Below, one piece after another: positions 52,746-64,000 of a stretch of 64,000 nt of DNA (position 1 is the first letter of the stretch; every line of letters starts with the position of its first letter). Below the pieces are notes generated by a model, which worked only from the letters and a program-made list of their open reading frames with translations, had not been told where the DNA came from and made no database searches. The position numbers and the translations under genes were made by a program. The DNA comes from Octopus bimaculoides (Eukaryota): assembly GCF_001194135.2 (NCBI RefSeq), contig NC_069005.1, positions 11,075,495 to 11,139,494 of the forward strand, given 5' to 3'.

Positions 52746-52967
52746 TGGCTGCCATGCATGCACAACGCTCGGCAGCTTTGGAGACACGCTTTCCAGGCAG
52801 CATGCGAGCGGTCTATCCTGGAGTGGTAGCACCACTGGTCCAGAGAACGTCCTTGGCTACAACTTCTTCTATTGGTATGACACCAAACCCGGCAGCTGCT
52901 GGGGTTGTGAATGTGGGCATGGGACAAGCTGTCTCCTCACAGATACCTTCTTCCCTTCACAAGCAAG
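52746..52967 (+). CDS. EIF4ENIF1: 4E-T visible exon 20 (222 nt): MAAMHAQRSAALETRFPG...LHKQ
   Basis: Acceptor ttgcag|tg, donor g|gtgagt; phase 1-1. Confidence 0.87.
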
Positions 52968-52999
52968 GTGAGTAATTTGAATGACAGGGGTGGGGTTCA

Positions 53000-53270
53000 A
53001 ACAGCGGCGTTGGTGATAAATGTCTGGGGACTCAGATGGTGGTGTTGATAGCAGCCCGAGACTCTGATAGTAGTGTTGGTGGTAGCCTAGGAATCAGGTG
53101 TTGGTGTTAACGATACCCTGGGATTTGGAAGGTGGCGGTGACCTGTTATTTGGATGGTGGTGGTGTTGGTAATGGCTTAGAACTTGAATGTTGATGGTTG
53201 AGATCTGGGATGTAGATAGTGGTGTTGGTAGTGGCCTGGAACTCAAATAGTGGTGGTGCATCTGAAATTC
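53000..53270. repeat. Degenerate G/T-rich tandem repeat in the last intron (tagtggtgttggtrgtggcc...)
   Basis: Recurring ggtggtgttg(g)t cores at irregular spacing of roughly 35-55 nt. Confidence 0.55.
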
Positions 53271-53360
53271 TTCTATCTGTTCCTTTATATTCCCCAGCAC
53301 CCAAGTCTACCTTTATTTTTTTGATTTTTGTTTTGTCTAATTTTATCTTTACCGTTTCAG

Positions 53361-53551
53361 TCTCTGGAAGCAGTTCTCAGAAATCCAGCTCTTCATCATT
53401 AGGAAATATGACAAACACATCTGGAGCTGATGTACTGAAGTGGTTTGACAGTGACTCACTCCGGACCCAGCTTCCAAACATGCCTCTCCCGCCGCAGGGT
53501 CAGAAGGTTTTTACTGTGGACGAATTGGAGCGCAACCAGCAGGCTGTCTGA
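53361..53551 (+). CDS. EIF4ENIF1: 4E-T last coding exon: ...ADVLKWFDSDSLRTQLPNMPLPPQGQKVFTVDELERNQQAV*
   Basis: Acceptor tttcag|tc, stop TGA 53549-53551; matches the human C-terminal LSM14-binding motif GLAKWFGSD...KVISVDELE. Confidence 0.96.
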
Positions 53552-53599
53552 GAACCTTTCTGTCTTTTCTTCTTTCCCCCCCTCTCCCAACAACACTTG

Positions 53600-53877
53600 T
53601 TATACATATGCATGTGTGGATGTAATCATACATGTATATATGCATGTGTGTATGTAATCATACATGCGTATATGAATTTGTCTATGTAATCATACTTGTG
53701 TATATGCATGTAATCGTACGTGTATATGCATGTGTATGTAATCATACATGTATATGTAATTGCACATGTATATATGCATGTGTATGTAATTGTACATGTA
53801 TATATGCGTGTGCATGTATCTGTACATGTATATATGCATGTGCATGTATCCGTACATGTATATGTGCATGTGTGCAG
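53600..53877. repeat. Alternating purine-pyrimidine satellite starting about 50 nt after the stop codon (probable 3' UTR)
   Basis: TGCATG/TGTATA-based units running into the gap. Confidence 0.9.
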
Positions 53878-54534
53878 NNNNNNNNNNNNNNNNNNNNNNN
53901 NNNNNNNNNNNNNNNNNNNNNNNNNNNNNNNNNNNNNNNNNNNNNNNNNNNNNNNNNNNNNNNNNNNNNNNNNNNNNNNNNNNNNNNNNNNNNNNNNNNN
54001 NNNNNNNNNNNNNNNNNNNNNNNNNNNNNNNNNNNNNNNNNNNNNNNNNNNNNNNNNNNNNNNNNNNNNNNNNNNNNNNNNNNNNNNNNNNNNNNNNNNN
54101 NNNNNNNNNNNNNNNNNNNNNNNNNNNNNNNNNNNNNNNNNNNNNNNNNNNNNNNNNNNNNNNNNNNNNNNNNNNNNNNNNNNNNNNNNNNNNNNNNNNN
54201 NNNNNNNNNNNNNNNNNNNNNNNNNNNNNNNNNNNNNNNNNNNNNNNNNNNNNNNNNNNNNNNNNNNNNNNNNNNNNNNNNNNNNNNNNNNNNNNNNNNN
54301 NNNNNNNNNNNNNNNNNNNNNNNNNNNNNNNNNNNNNNNNNNNNNNNNNNNNNNNNNNNNNNNNNNNGGTGATGAGTTAAGAAGGGTGGGGGGTTTGGGA
54401 CAAGGAAAGAAGAAAATATAGATCCCGCCCTCCTTTTCTTCTTCCACACACAAATACTAAAAACAAAAAAAGCAACAGAAGGACTATTGTTCAATGTTTA
54501 TCGTTCTTTTTTTTCCCTTTTTTTTTTTTTAAAA

Positions 54535-54866
54535 AATAAACTTTTTTTGAAAATATTTTTTTCTTTTTTGTATCCTTCCGGTGTTTGCTTGAATTTTTTC
54601 GGAAAACAAAAAAAAAAAATTAAATATTCCCTAAAAAAAAGAAGAAAGAAAAAAAATACCCCCCATCCCTTCTGTTTGCTGTTAAAAAATTTCTTGCTAT
54701 ACTTGTTCATATGTTACACATGCATGTTGAAGTCTCGTTTACCAGAGACGAAGCTGATGATGATAATAAAGATAAAAACCAAAAAAAAAAATTAGGAAAA
54801 ATATTTTTTGAATATAAATGTTTTACTCTTCTGCTCCTTAATACCATATATAAACCATATAATAAA
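54535..54866 (+). terminator. Candidate poly(A) signals for 4E-T (AATAAA at 54535, 54765, 54861)
   Basis: First visible AATAAA hexamers after the stop. AT-rich context and the gap at 53878-54367 make this uncertain. Confidence 0.35.
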
Positions 54867-57380
54867 CAAGATTTAGATGTGAGTTACTATGTTTGTTTGG
54901 ATAGTACAGTAACCATATGGCTTGTCTAATGTGCCCTGTACTATTCTGCAATAGTACACATGTTATACAAGCCTGTCTGGTTACTGTACTTATGCAGACC
55001 TTAAACATAGTAGCTCACATTTAAATTCTGTGTTTATTAAATTTTTATCTCTTACTGGATGGGTTAGGTTTTTTCTATTGAACCTACCATTAATGGAACT
55101 GTACTGATATGCAATCATTTCGACATCCTGATGTATAGCACACTTGTGCACTTGCACAGGTAGTGTTGGTTTGATGGAGGGAGTAAGCTAACATACAGCA
55201 CAAACATTTGATCATTATAAACAAATCATTAGTGTAGGTTGTTCAGCAAAAGCTGAACTGCTCATGTCATCTTTGACAGAAGAGTCCATTATATATAGCA
55301 AGAAAATGGAGGGGAATATGTGGTACTCATCAACTTGCAGACATTGTATTATGTCAATTCCCCTGTTTATTTTTTAACTAAGAGGACAGGACGATAAAAC
55401 CAATATACAAACACGTATGACATAATGTCATATCAGTAATAAAAATTAAAAAGGACATCTAGTGACCGAAGAAGGGACACTGTCTTACAGCTGTTTCAGC
55501 CGAGAGGTGACATGCCTCATTCTATCTATATAACTCCAGTAAGCTGGAGTAATTGATAGATGAAATGGATGAAAATAGAGGTACATGTATGGTTCTCTAG
55601 GCCTCTTCAGATTTTTACAAAGTTCAACTAGGGAGGTATGTCTTATGCAGCACGTTATACACAGGACAGACTGAGGGGTTATCTTTTCATCTTTTGCTTG
55701 TTTCAGTTATTTGACTGTGGCCATGCTGAAGCACCACCTTCAAGAATTTAATTCAACCGAATCAATGTCGACACCTTATTTTTAAAGCTTGGCACTTATT
55801 CTATTGGTTTCTTTTGCTGAACAGCTATATATTCAGGATTCAAGTGAATCAGTCTTAAATTGTAAAGCACCAAGGTCAGATCAGTGAAATTGCTATCACA
55901 TACAAACAATATTTGAAGGACAAATACGTACTTACTGAACGAAGCACAAACTTATACTCCAGTTGTGTGTACAAACATAAATGGCTGACTGAATATTCAA
56001 TGATTCTCAAGGTTGCTCCTTGGCACAAACACTGCACTCAATAGACTGCAGATCCATGCAAATTGCAGGTTCCAAGTAAGGTGAATAGTAAGCAAATGGT
56101 ATTTGTTTATATAGCAGGTGTCACAGTGGTTAAGAAGCATGTTTTCCAAACATGCCTGATGCCTTGGGCAAGTATCTTCTTTGGCTCTAGATCAACAAAT
56201 GTCTTGTGACTGCATTTAGTAGACAGAAACTGAAAGAAGCTTGTTGTGTGTGTACTTTTATTCTTTTACTTGTTTCGGTCATTTGACTGCTGTCATGCTG
56301 GAGCACTGCCTTAAAGGGTGTTAGTCAAAGAAATCGACCCCAGGACTTATTCTTTGTNNNNNNNNNNNNNNNNNNNNNNNNNNNNNNNNNNNNNNNNNNN
56401 NNNNNNNNNNNNNNNNNNNNNNNNNNNNNNNNNNNNNNNNNNNNNNNNNNNNNNNNNGACTCCAGTGTTTCACTGGTATTTAATTTATCGACCCCGAAAG
56501 GATGAAAAACAAGGTCGACCTCGGCGGAATTTGAACTCAGTAATAATAATAATCCTTTCTATTATCGTCACAAGGCCATCAAGTCAGTGGGAGGAGGTAA
56601 GCCGATTACATCGACCCCATTGCGTTACTGGTACTTATTTCATCGATCCCCCGAATGGATGAAAGGCAAAGTCGACCTCGGTGGTATTTGAACTCAATAA
56701 TGATGATGATGATTATGATGATGATGATGATGACGATGGTGGTGGTGGTGGTGGTTTACAGGAAGTCAGACTGAAGCATTTAGTTTGACTCAGTGTCAGG
56801 ATTAGTTGGCAACTGAACTGCGTAGATCTGAAGAGAAAAGCAAACAAACAGAAACACACATACACGCACGCACGCACACACACAAACAGACGAAATACAA
56901 AATAATCTTTGATTTCTTTACTTAACCCATTACCTACCAGTGATCTCATATGAGATCACTTAAAAATTACAAATTTCGTAATATTATCTGTCAATATTTA
57001 CACATATCTAACCTTTTTGCTCTATCTACTAGGTATATTTCTCTGATATTCAAATGAGGTTTGCTAATTTTTCACCCAATATCTCGCTTATTTCGATTTA
57101 AAATGTTATTTTGATCATTCCAGCATGTTTCTAAGGCTGTTTTATGCTAGAAATCAAAGTTTCATAAAAAAAATTCCAGTTAATATAATTATGGGAGGCA
57201 ATGGGTTAGTTAACATTACTTAATGTGGTGCGAGTGCGTGTATGCTTGTAATTGAGTGTGTGTGTGCGAGAAAGAAAAGTTGTAGTAGGAAACACTAGTC
57301 CAAGGTGCCATGCTGTGGGACTGAACCCGGAACCATGTGGTTAAGAACCAAATTTACCACACAGCCACGCCTGCGGTTGT

Positions 57381-57411
<31 letters not shown>

Positions 57412-58794
57412 TTGTTATCTGATACAAAAATGACGCTAGTTAACTCATCTATCACTTTCCTGGTGACAATTCGACAAATATTTTGAACTGGAGTTAACAA
57501 AACACTTCACAATGCAATAGATCAGTGGTTCTCAACCGGGGTCCATATAAAACTTTCTTCTTAAAATTTACCTGTAATAAATTGGTTGTACTTCTACGAG
57601 ACACAAAAATATTTCAATTATTTTTTTTATACAATTATGTAACAGCTGCGTACTGGGTCGATCTAATCGACTGACCCCCCCCCCCCTAAAAAATTTCGGG
57701 CCTTGTGCCTAGAATAGAAAAGAATATTAACAGCCACTAAGGCAGCGAGCTGGCAGAACCGTTAGCACGCCGGGCGAAATGCTTAGTGGTATTTCGTCTG
57801 CCGCTACGTTCTGAGTTCAAATTCCGCCGAGGTCGACTTTTGCCTTTCATCCTTTCGGGGTCGATAAATTAAGTACCAGTTATACACTGGGGTCGATGTA
57901 ATCGACTTAATTCCTTTGTCTGTCCTTGTTTGTCCCCTCTGTGTGTAGCCCCTTNNNNNNNNNNNNNNNNNNNNNNNNNNNNNNNNNNNNNNNNNNNNNN
58001 NNNNNNNNNNNNNNNNNNNNNNNNNNNNNNNNNNNNNNNNNNNNNNNNNNNNNNNNNNNNNNNNNNNNNNNNNNNNNNNNNNNNNNNNNNNNNNNNNNNN
58101 NNNNNNNNNNNNNNNNNNNNNNNNNNNNNNNNNNNNTGAAATCGCTGACCTTGTGCCAGAATATGAAACCTATATTAACAGCCGTTAAAGCGGCGAGCTG
58201 GTGAAGTCGAACAAAATTCTTAGCTGCATTTGTTCCAGCTATTCACGTTCTGACAGATGTAGATCTTGATGACTGCTATGAAGCAGGAGAGTATACTAGC
58301 CCCTATTCAATAAGACATTCAATACTTCATTTCATTTTACTATTTATATATTATATCTTCCACATTCTATATCCCACATTAATTTTATAAGAATATAAAT
58401 AAAACATAAAAAACAGAGTTGGAACTCTTTTAAATAATATATATATATATATATATGTACCAGTAGTATTTTTTGCTCTCTATTTGTTCTTTTGTATACC
58501 ACATCTATTCTTAGTGAAAGTGTGACTCAGAAAGTATTTAATAAGCAAAATAATGTATAATCTTTTGAAAGGAGAATATCGTCTTCACTGTAATGAATAA
58601 CAGGGGAGATAACTTCTAAGTACATTCTTAAATGTAATGTAAGGGAAGCAACTCATACACTTTGAATCAATAACTCTCACATTTTCTTTTATATCGTTTG
58701 TGTTACTGGATGCAAGTTTTATTTCTTTATCAGGATTTCAAAGGTGTTATGAACAGTTTATTATTTAGGTTTTGGGAATAATCTTGTCTTCCGA

Positions 58795-58825
<31 letters not shown>

Positions 58826-58848
58826 TGTATGTATGTATGTATGTGTGT

Positions 58849-58883
<35 letters not shown>

Positions 58884-59641
58884 NNNNNNNNNNNNNNNNN
58901 NNNNNNNNNNNNNNNNNNNNNNNNNNNNNNNNNNNNNNNNNNNNNNNNNNNNNNNNNNNNNNNNNNNNNNNNNNNNNNNNNNNNNNNNNNNNNNNNNNNN
59001 NNNNNNNNNNNNNNNNNNNNNNNNNNNNNNNNNNNNNNNNNNNNNNNNNNNNNNNNNNNNNNNNNNNNNNNNNNNNNNNNNNNNNNNNNNNNNNNNNNNN
59101 NNNNNNNNNNNNNNNNNNNNNNNNNNNNNNNNNNNNNNNNNNNNNNNNNNNNNNNNNNNNNNNNNNNNNNNNNNNNNNNNNNNNNNNNNNNNNNNNNNNN
59201 NNNNNNNNNNNNNNNNNNNNNNNNNNNNNNNNNNNNNNNNNNNNNNNNNNNNNNNNNNNNNNNNNNNNNNNNNNNNNNNNNNNNNNNNNNNNNNNNNNNN
59301 NNNNNNNNNNNNNNNNNNNNNNNNNNNNNNNNNNNNNNNNNNNCTATGCCTGAACAGCCTTTATGTCTTACATGGAACATAATTAGAAAATGTTTAAAAT
59401 ACCAAGGAATAAAACTTCGAAGACTTTATTAGTATCATTTAGTAGATAATCTTTAAACGTGAAAGATGTTTGTTTGTGTTTTGTTTAGCCCAGAGTTGCC
59501 TTTGATGCAGCAGACTCATCGTATAGTTATTTTTTCTTCCTGAAATACTGTAAATTTGTGTCTTTCTTTTGACGAAAGGGTGTGTTCTGAGAGAGATTTG
59601 GCTGCTATTTGTCGTAGCTCAAGTTACCACAGAGACACCTA

Positions 59642-59672
<31 letters not shown>

Positions 59673-60424
59673 GCGTGCACGCGCCTGTTTGTTTTGTTGT
59701 GGCGAAAATGATACTTTTTCTCAGAATATTTTGCATACTGCTAACCGTTCAACTTCAAATTAAATTTATTAATTCTTGGGAGTCAAGTAGACTGAGATGT
59801 AGATATAAAGTTATCATATAGAGTGGCAGTTCAATACGAATGTTTGAACTCGTTATCTTGTGGTTAGTAATCCATTACCTTAAATTTAAAGCCATTAAGT
59901 CTTTAAACATTATGTAATCACAGAGATGTGAGTTCGTGTCTCATGGCTGGCCGGCAACGTATTTTTCTGCATTATATGGATAATTTATCATGATCACGCT
60001 ATTTATAACATTATCACGCGTTTGAGAAATAAATTTATCTTCTGTATCTTGTTTTATTGGATTTAATCTTTCGACTGTCACCATAATGGGGAATCACCTT
60101 CAAAAATTTAATTGATCATACTGACCTCAGTACGTATTTTCAGCTGTCATTTATTTTATAGATCTCTGCTTGATGAACTGCTAACTGTGTGATATAGTGG
60201 GGCACAATATTCGATTTAACAAAAAATGTAAACACACTCACACACACATTTTAGGTACAAGAATGACTGTGTGGTTGAAAAGTTCAGTCCCTCTGCATGG
60301 TACCTTGGGCAAGTGTTTTCTACTATAGCCCTAGGTCAACCACAGACTTGTGATTGAATTTGTTATTGGTAGAGTCTGGCTGGAGGCCCAACATTGCGAG
60401 CTCTTTTAGTCATCCCTCTTATAT

Positions 60425-60466
<42 letters not shown>

Positions 60467-60646
60467 GATGAAAGACAGAAGATGGAATATATTCCATATT
60501 CCGTCTTTCATTTGTTATTAACCTAACGATCACTTTGAAAGTGACCGTGCTTTATGAGCCAATAGCAAAGGGAAATAATCCATAATTGTTACCTTTGAGT
60601 AGTGGGCATTTCCCCCTCCATAGTTTTAAGAGGTCATGGACCAGCA

Positions 60647-60690
60647 GGTTTCTGGGATCTGACGGGAAACCTAAGGTAATCCCAGAAACC
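60647..60690 (+). other. Perfect 12-bp hairpin enclosing a hammerhead-like core without stem II
   Basis: ggtttctgggat-CTGACG-G-GAAACC-taa-GGTA-atcccagaaacc. Confidence 0.5.
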
Positions 60691-60788
60691 GGCCTTTCCC
60701 AGTTTTAATATATATACATATATATACACACATACACACTCATACATACTTTGATACATACATACATACATATATGCATATGTGCATG

Positions 60789-60867
<79 letters not shown>

Positions 60868-61744
60868 AACGACTTTATCTCAAACAAAGCTTGAGGTCAT
60901 ATAAGCATCAAGGACTACAAAGAAGGAAAAGAAGGGAGGCCCCGCAAATTGAATAGACGGTGATTGACAGAAAGTTTAATGGACTGAATATCACAGACTA
61001 GAATAAAACATGACAATGGCAGTGAGTTCCAAGAAAGTATTGGAAATAAAGGGGCATATGACTGTTATGAAGATTAACAAAGCAGCGATGCGCCTGGGAG
61101 GAGAAGCTGAATGACTCACTTAAAGGTGTTGTGAGAGGGTATTGAACCTGAATGTTCATCAGAGCAATGACCATGGAAATGATGCAACAAAGATACGTTT
61201 CGACGGTGAACCAAAAAGGACCAAAATAGAATGAAGAGCAGCCACTGTGTTAATACACACACAAGCACACACAGACACACACAAATATATATGATTATAT
61301 ACTCGCGGTCATAGGATCGCGGTTTCGATTCCCAGACCGGGCGTTGTGAGCGTTTATTGAGCGAAAACACCTAACGTTCCACGAAGCTCCGGCAGGGGAT
61401 GGTGGTGGTGAACCCTGCTGTACTTTTTCACCACAACTTTCTCTCACTCTTTCTTCCTGTTTCTGTTGTGCCTGTAATTCAAAGGATCAGCCATGTCATA
61501 CTGTGTCATGCTGAATACCCCCGAAAACTACGTTAAGGGTACGCGTGTCTGTGGAGTGCTCAGCCACTTGCACGTTAATTTCACGAGCAGGCTGTTCNNN
61601 NNNNNNNNNNNNNNNNNNNNNNNNNNNNNNNNNNNNNNNNNNNNNNNNNNNNNNNNNNNNNNNNNNNNNNNNNNNNNNNNNNNNNNNNNNNNNNNNNNNN
61701 NNNNNNNNNNNNNNNNNNNNNNNNNNNNNNNNNNNNNNNNNNNN

Positions 61745-61778
<34 letters not shown>

Positions 61779-61808
61779 TCGTATACATATATATGCATGT
61801 ATGTATTA

Positions 61809-62436
61809 ATGGGCCTTGCCTGGGAAGGGTTTCTCCTATGGATAAAAGACAATCATGCAAAAGATGTGCCTCACCTAGCAGAAACGTTTAAGGTCATAGG
61901 CAACTTTCAAAGCAGTGTCAGCCAGATGTCCCTCCAAGAGGTTCTTGGAAATGAGTCCTGCACAAGGATCTTGGAGTTGTTTCAAACCTTCTTTGAATCC
62001 CTTAGATGCGTGTACAGTCTGTCGGCTTTCTGGATATCATACATAGACATGGTGGAAATCATGCTTGGCCTAATACGAGTTTCCAGAGAAGGTGACTGGA
62101 TCCTCCATCTTGCGTCCATTCGAAAGATGATCCCATTGTGTTTTGCCTTATGACAAGGTGAATTATGTTCGATTCCTGATCTACTACTATGCAATAATGT
62201 CTCGACTCCACATTGAACATCCTGAAGTCCATGTACAGTTGATAAATGGTGTTATTCAGCTTTTGTCCTGCGCATGCCTGTGTTCCTGCAAACTACCAGC
62301 ATGCAGCTGCCTCAGCAATGGCTTGAGATGCACAGACATGTGCAAGCTACGAACATACGACAACGTAGCTCCTGAATTCGCCGACAGAGAGCCAGAATTA
62401 GAACTGACGAATTCTGAGGATGACCACGATGATTAG
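61809..62436 (+). pseudogene. Frameshifted, probably internally deleted transposase-like relic with a C-terminal Cys-rich (CXC-like) motif
   Basis: FWISYIDMVEIMLGLIRVSREGDWILHLASIRKMIPLCFA, +1 shift near 62148, then YDKVNYVRFL..HPEVH joined directly to LLSCACLCSCKLPACSCLSNGLRCTDMC and an acidic tail. Resembles a widespread invertebrate repeat-derived protein; superfamily not assigned. Confidence 0.65.
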
Positions 62437-63249
62437 TTTCATGGTATGCTGGGTACCCATGGCAGATCCAGAAGCTGGCTAACCTGCAGCTGCTATACTA
62501 CCAGAAAAATCTTTGTTGATTTGAAAACAATTGATACAATCTTTCCTAGTGGCACGACTACTTGTGTGCACATAAGAAAACTGAACAGTCATGTTTGGTT
62601 TTATGTTCAAGACATATCATGCATATGAAATATGCAATTCAATTTTATATTAAGTATAAACATATATTCTTTTCTACTCTAGGCACATGGCTCGAAATTT
62701 TGGGGGAGGGGGAAAGTCGGTTAAATCGTCCCTAGTACGCAACTGGTACTTAATTTTATCGACAAAGGCAAAGTCGACTTCGGCGGAATTTGAACTCAGG
62801 ACGTAAAGACAGACGAAATATCGCTAAAGGTTTTGCCCGACTTGCTGGCGTTTCTACCAGCTCGCCGTCCTAGTATAAACACGTATTGGTCAAATTCTGA
62901 TCTGTGGATCATTTCTTTGCTCTTGCAATAATCAAAATAAAAAAGATGTTTGTGAAATTTTTGTTTGCGGTTTCTTATGGAGGGTATTTTTATTTATGAA
63001 GTGATAACTTCTACTAAACGACCATTCTGACAAGGATGTCAGATATAAATAGGAACTGGAGATATATAGCAAGTCAAAATTTACCATAAAAATTATTCAC
63101 CCCGTGTGGTATGGATACAGAAATTTTATGTTCTGGGCTCAAGGACTAATGCACAAATTCATATATACAAACATAATGATTGCACCATCATCAAGTTTGA
63201 CGGTGACTTATGGACGCGTAATTCTTCTCATAACAACTTTTGCTATATA

Positions 63250-63697
63250 CAAACACACATACGCGCGCGCGCACACATACACTCACACACTCACATACGC
63301 AGGCACATACACACATATATATATGAACATACATATGTACACGAGCAAACACACACACACATATATTGTTTATGTGTGAGCGCGCGTTTGAGTGTGTGGG
63401 TGTAAAGGGGTTTGTAAGTGTAAGTGCGCAGAATGTATGCATGCGCTGTAGGTGTGTGTGTGTGCATGTGTAAGTGTCTTGTACGATGTTGATATTANNN
63501 NNNNNNNATGTGTATGTGTGAGCGTATGTATCTTTGTTGACGAAAATAACTCATGGGTGTGTCCATATATATGTGTATATAACATAATATAGTATAATAT
63601 AGAATAATATAATATAATGTAATATAAAATAATATGATATATATGTGTATGTGTATGTATATACATATATGTACATATATATGTGTGTATGTATGTA

Positions 63698-63756
<59 letters not shown>

Positions 63757-63760
63757 GTGC

Positions 63761-63797
<37 letters not shown>

Positions 63798-63815
63798 CAT
63801 ATATGCATACGCCAT
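63250..63815. repeat. Compound (CA)/(GT)/(TA)/(CT) microsatellite field
   Basis: Direct inspection; similar fields at 58797-58883 and 60705-60866. Confidence 0.9.
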
Positions 63816-64000
63816 GACAGATCGCTGACCACTACACATATTTTTTCTCTCTCCTTGTTTCTCTCCTTATTTCTTTCTGTGTTCCTTTCTGTTGAAGAGC
63901 GTAGGCTCGAAATGTTAAAGACTTTCTCTATTCCCGACCGTTATACTAATACATCCATTTGTTGTTTACACCACCTGTCTTCGTCTGTTGTCTTTTCGTG
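63816..64000 (+). mobile_element. Repeat with a degenerate minimal hammerhead-like motif (63885-63920), probably a Penelope-like terminal repeat
   Basis: cttt-CTGTTGA-A-GAGC-gtag-GCTC-GAAA-TG-TT-aaag. Confidence 0.5.

Larger units (their letters stand above)
8935..53551 (+). other. EIF4ENIF1: eIF4E transporter (4E-T) gene, visible coding span: 21 exons, 4285 nt CDS, 5'-partial
   Basis: Manual splicing gives one open frame. Motif order matches human 4E-T as recalled: SDGVWDPEKW, DPxER..VLSPQRRSFGxGCHV, RRIGSGRI, PEWF..GP.S..TIELxGF, FDxxEFF, SRFSRWFS, VxxxExEAxL, GDMxAFNKL, PRIPSPI, FTPTSVIRKM, KWFxSD..V.xVDELE. Confidence 0.96.
12482..63507. other. 13 assembly gaps: 12482-13117, 27956-28410, 34620-34810, 36838-37406, 41609-41797, 42647-42906, 44928-45673, 53878-54367, 56358-56457, 57955-58136, 58884-59343, 61598-61744, 63498-63507
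   Basis: N runs, nearly all bordered by microsatellites or young SINEs. Confidence 0.98.

Noticed and set aside
54500-61500. A second host gene downstream of 4E-T
   Set aside because: No exon-like ORF with splice sites or recognisable protein motifs on either strand. Small exons or exons in gaps cannot be excluded.
12382-63839. Long ORFs containing X runs or YI/HT/CV/RE dipeptide repeats
   Set aside because: Artefacts of N gaps and microsatellites.

Overview
AT-rich animal genomic DNA with 13 N-gaps. The SINE, MITE and microsatellite content looks like an Octopus (cephalopod) assembly; the species assignment is inference. One + strand gene dominates the window: the eIF4E transporter 4E-T (EIF4ENIF1). 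I traced 21 coding exons from 8935 to the TGA at 53551, with GT-AG sites and matching phases at every junction (4285 nt, about 1427 codons). They include WDPEKW, SPQRRSF, RRIGSGRI, the Cup-homology/DDX6-binding motif (PEWFTDGP..TIELRGF), SRFSRWFS, GDMSAFNKL, FTPTSVIRKM and the C-terminal KWF..VFTVDELE motif. I could not find the first coding exon (Met plus YxxxxL-phi eIF4E-binding motif). The protein is much longer than human 4E-T because of Q/P/H/S-rich exons. Introns and the downstream flank hold tRNA-derived SINEs, RTE-like tails, piggyBac-, hAT- and Tc1-type MITEs, a Penelope-like RT relic, a broken transposase-like ORF and mini/microsatellites. The most unusual signals are three separate hammerhead-ribozyme-like loci, all apparently degenerate: a TSD-flanked fold-back with two opposed copies in an intron, a stem-II-less core in a perfect 12-bp stem, and one in a terminal repeat at the window end. 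Long intronic fold-backs and inverted repeat pairs also flank exons. No prokaryotic features, no CRISPR array, and no clearly new protein-coding system.
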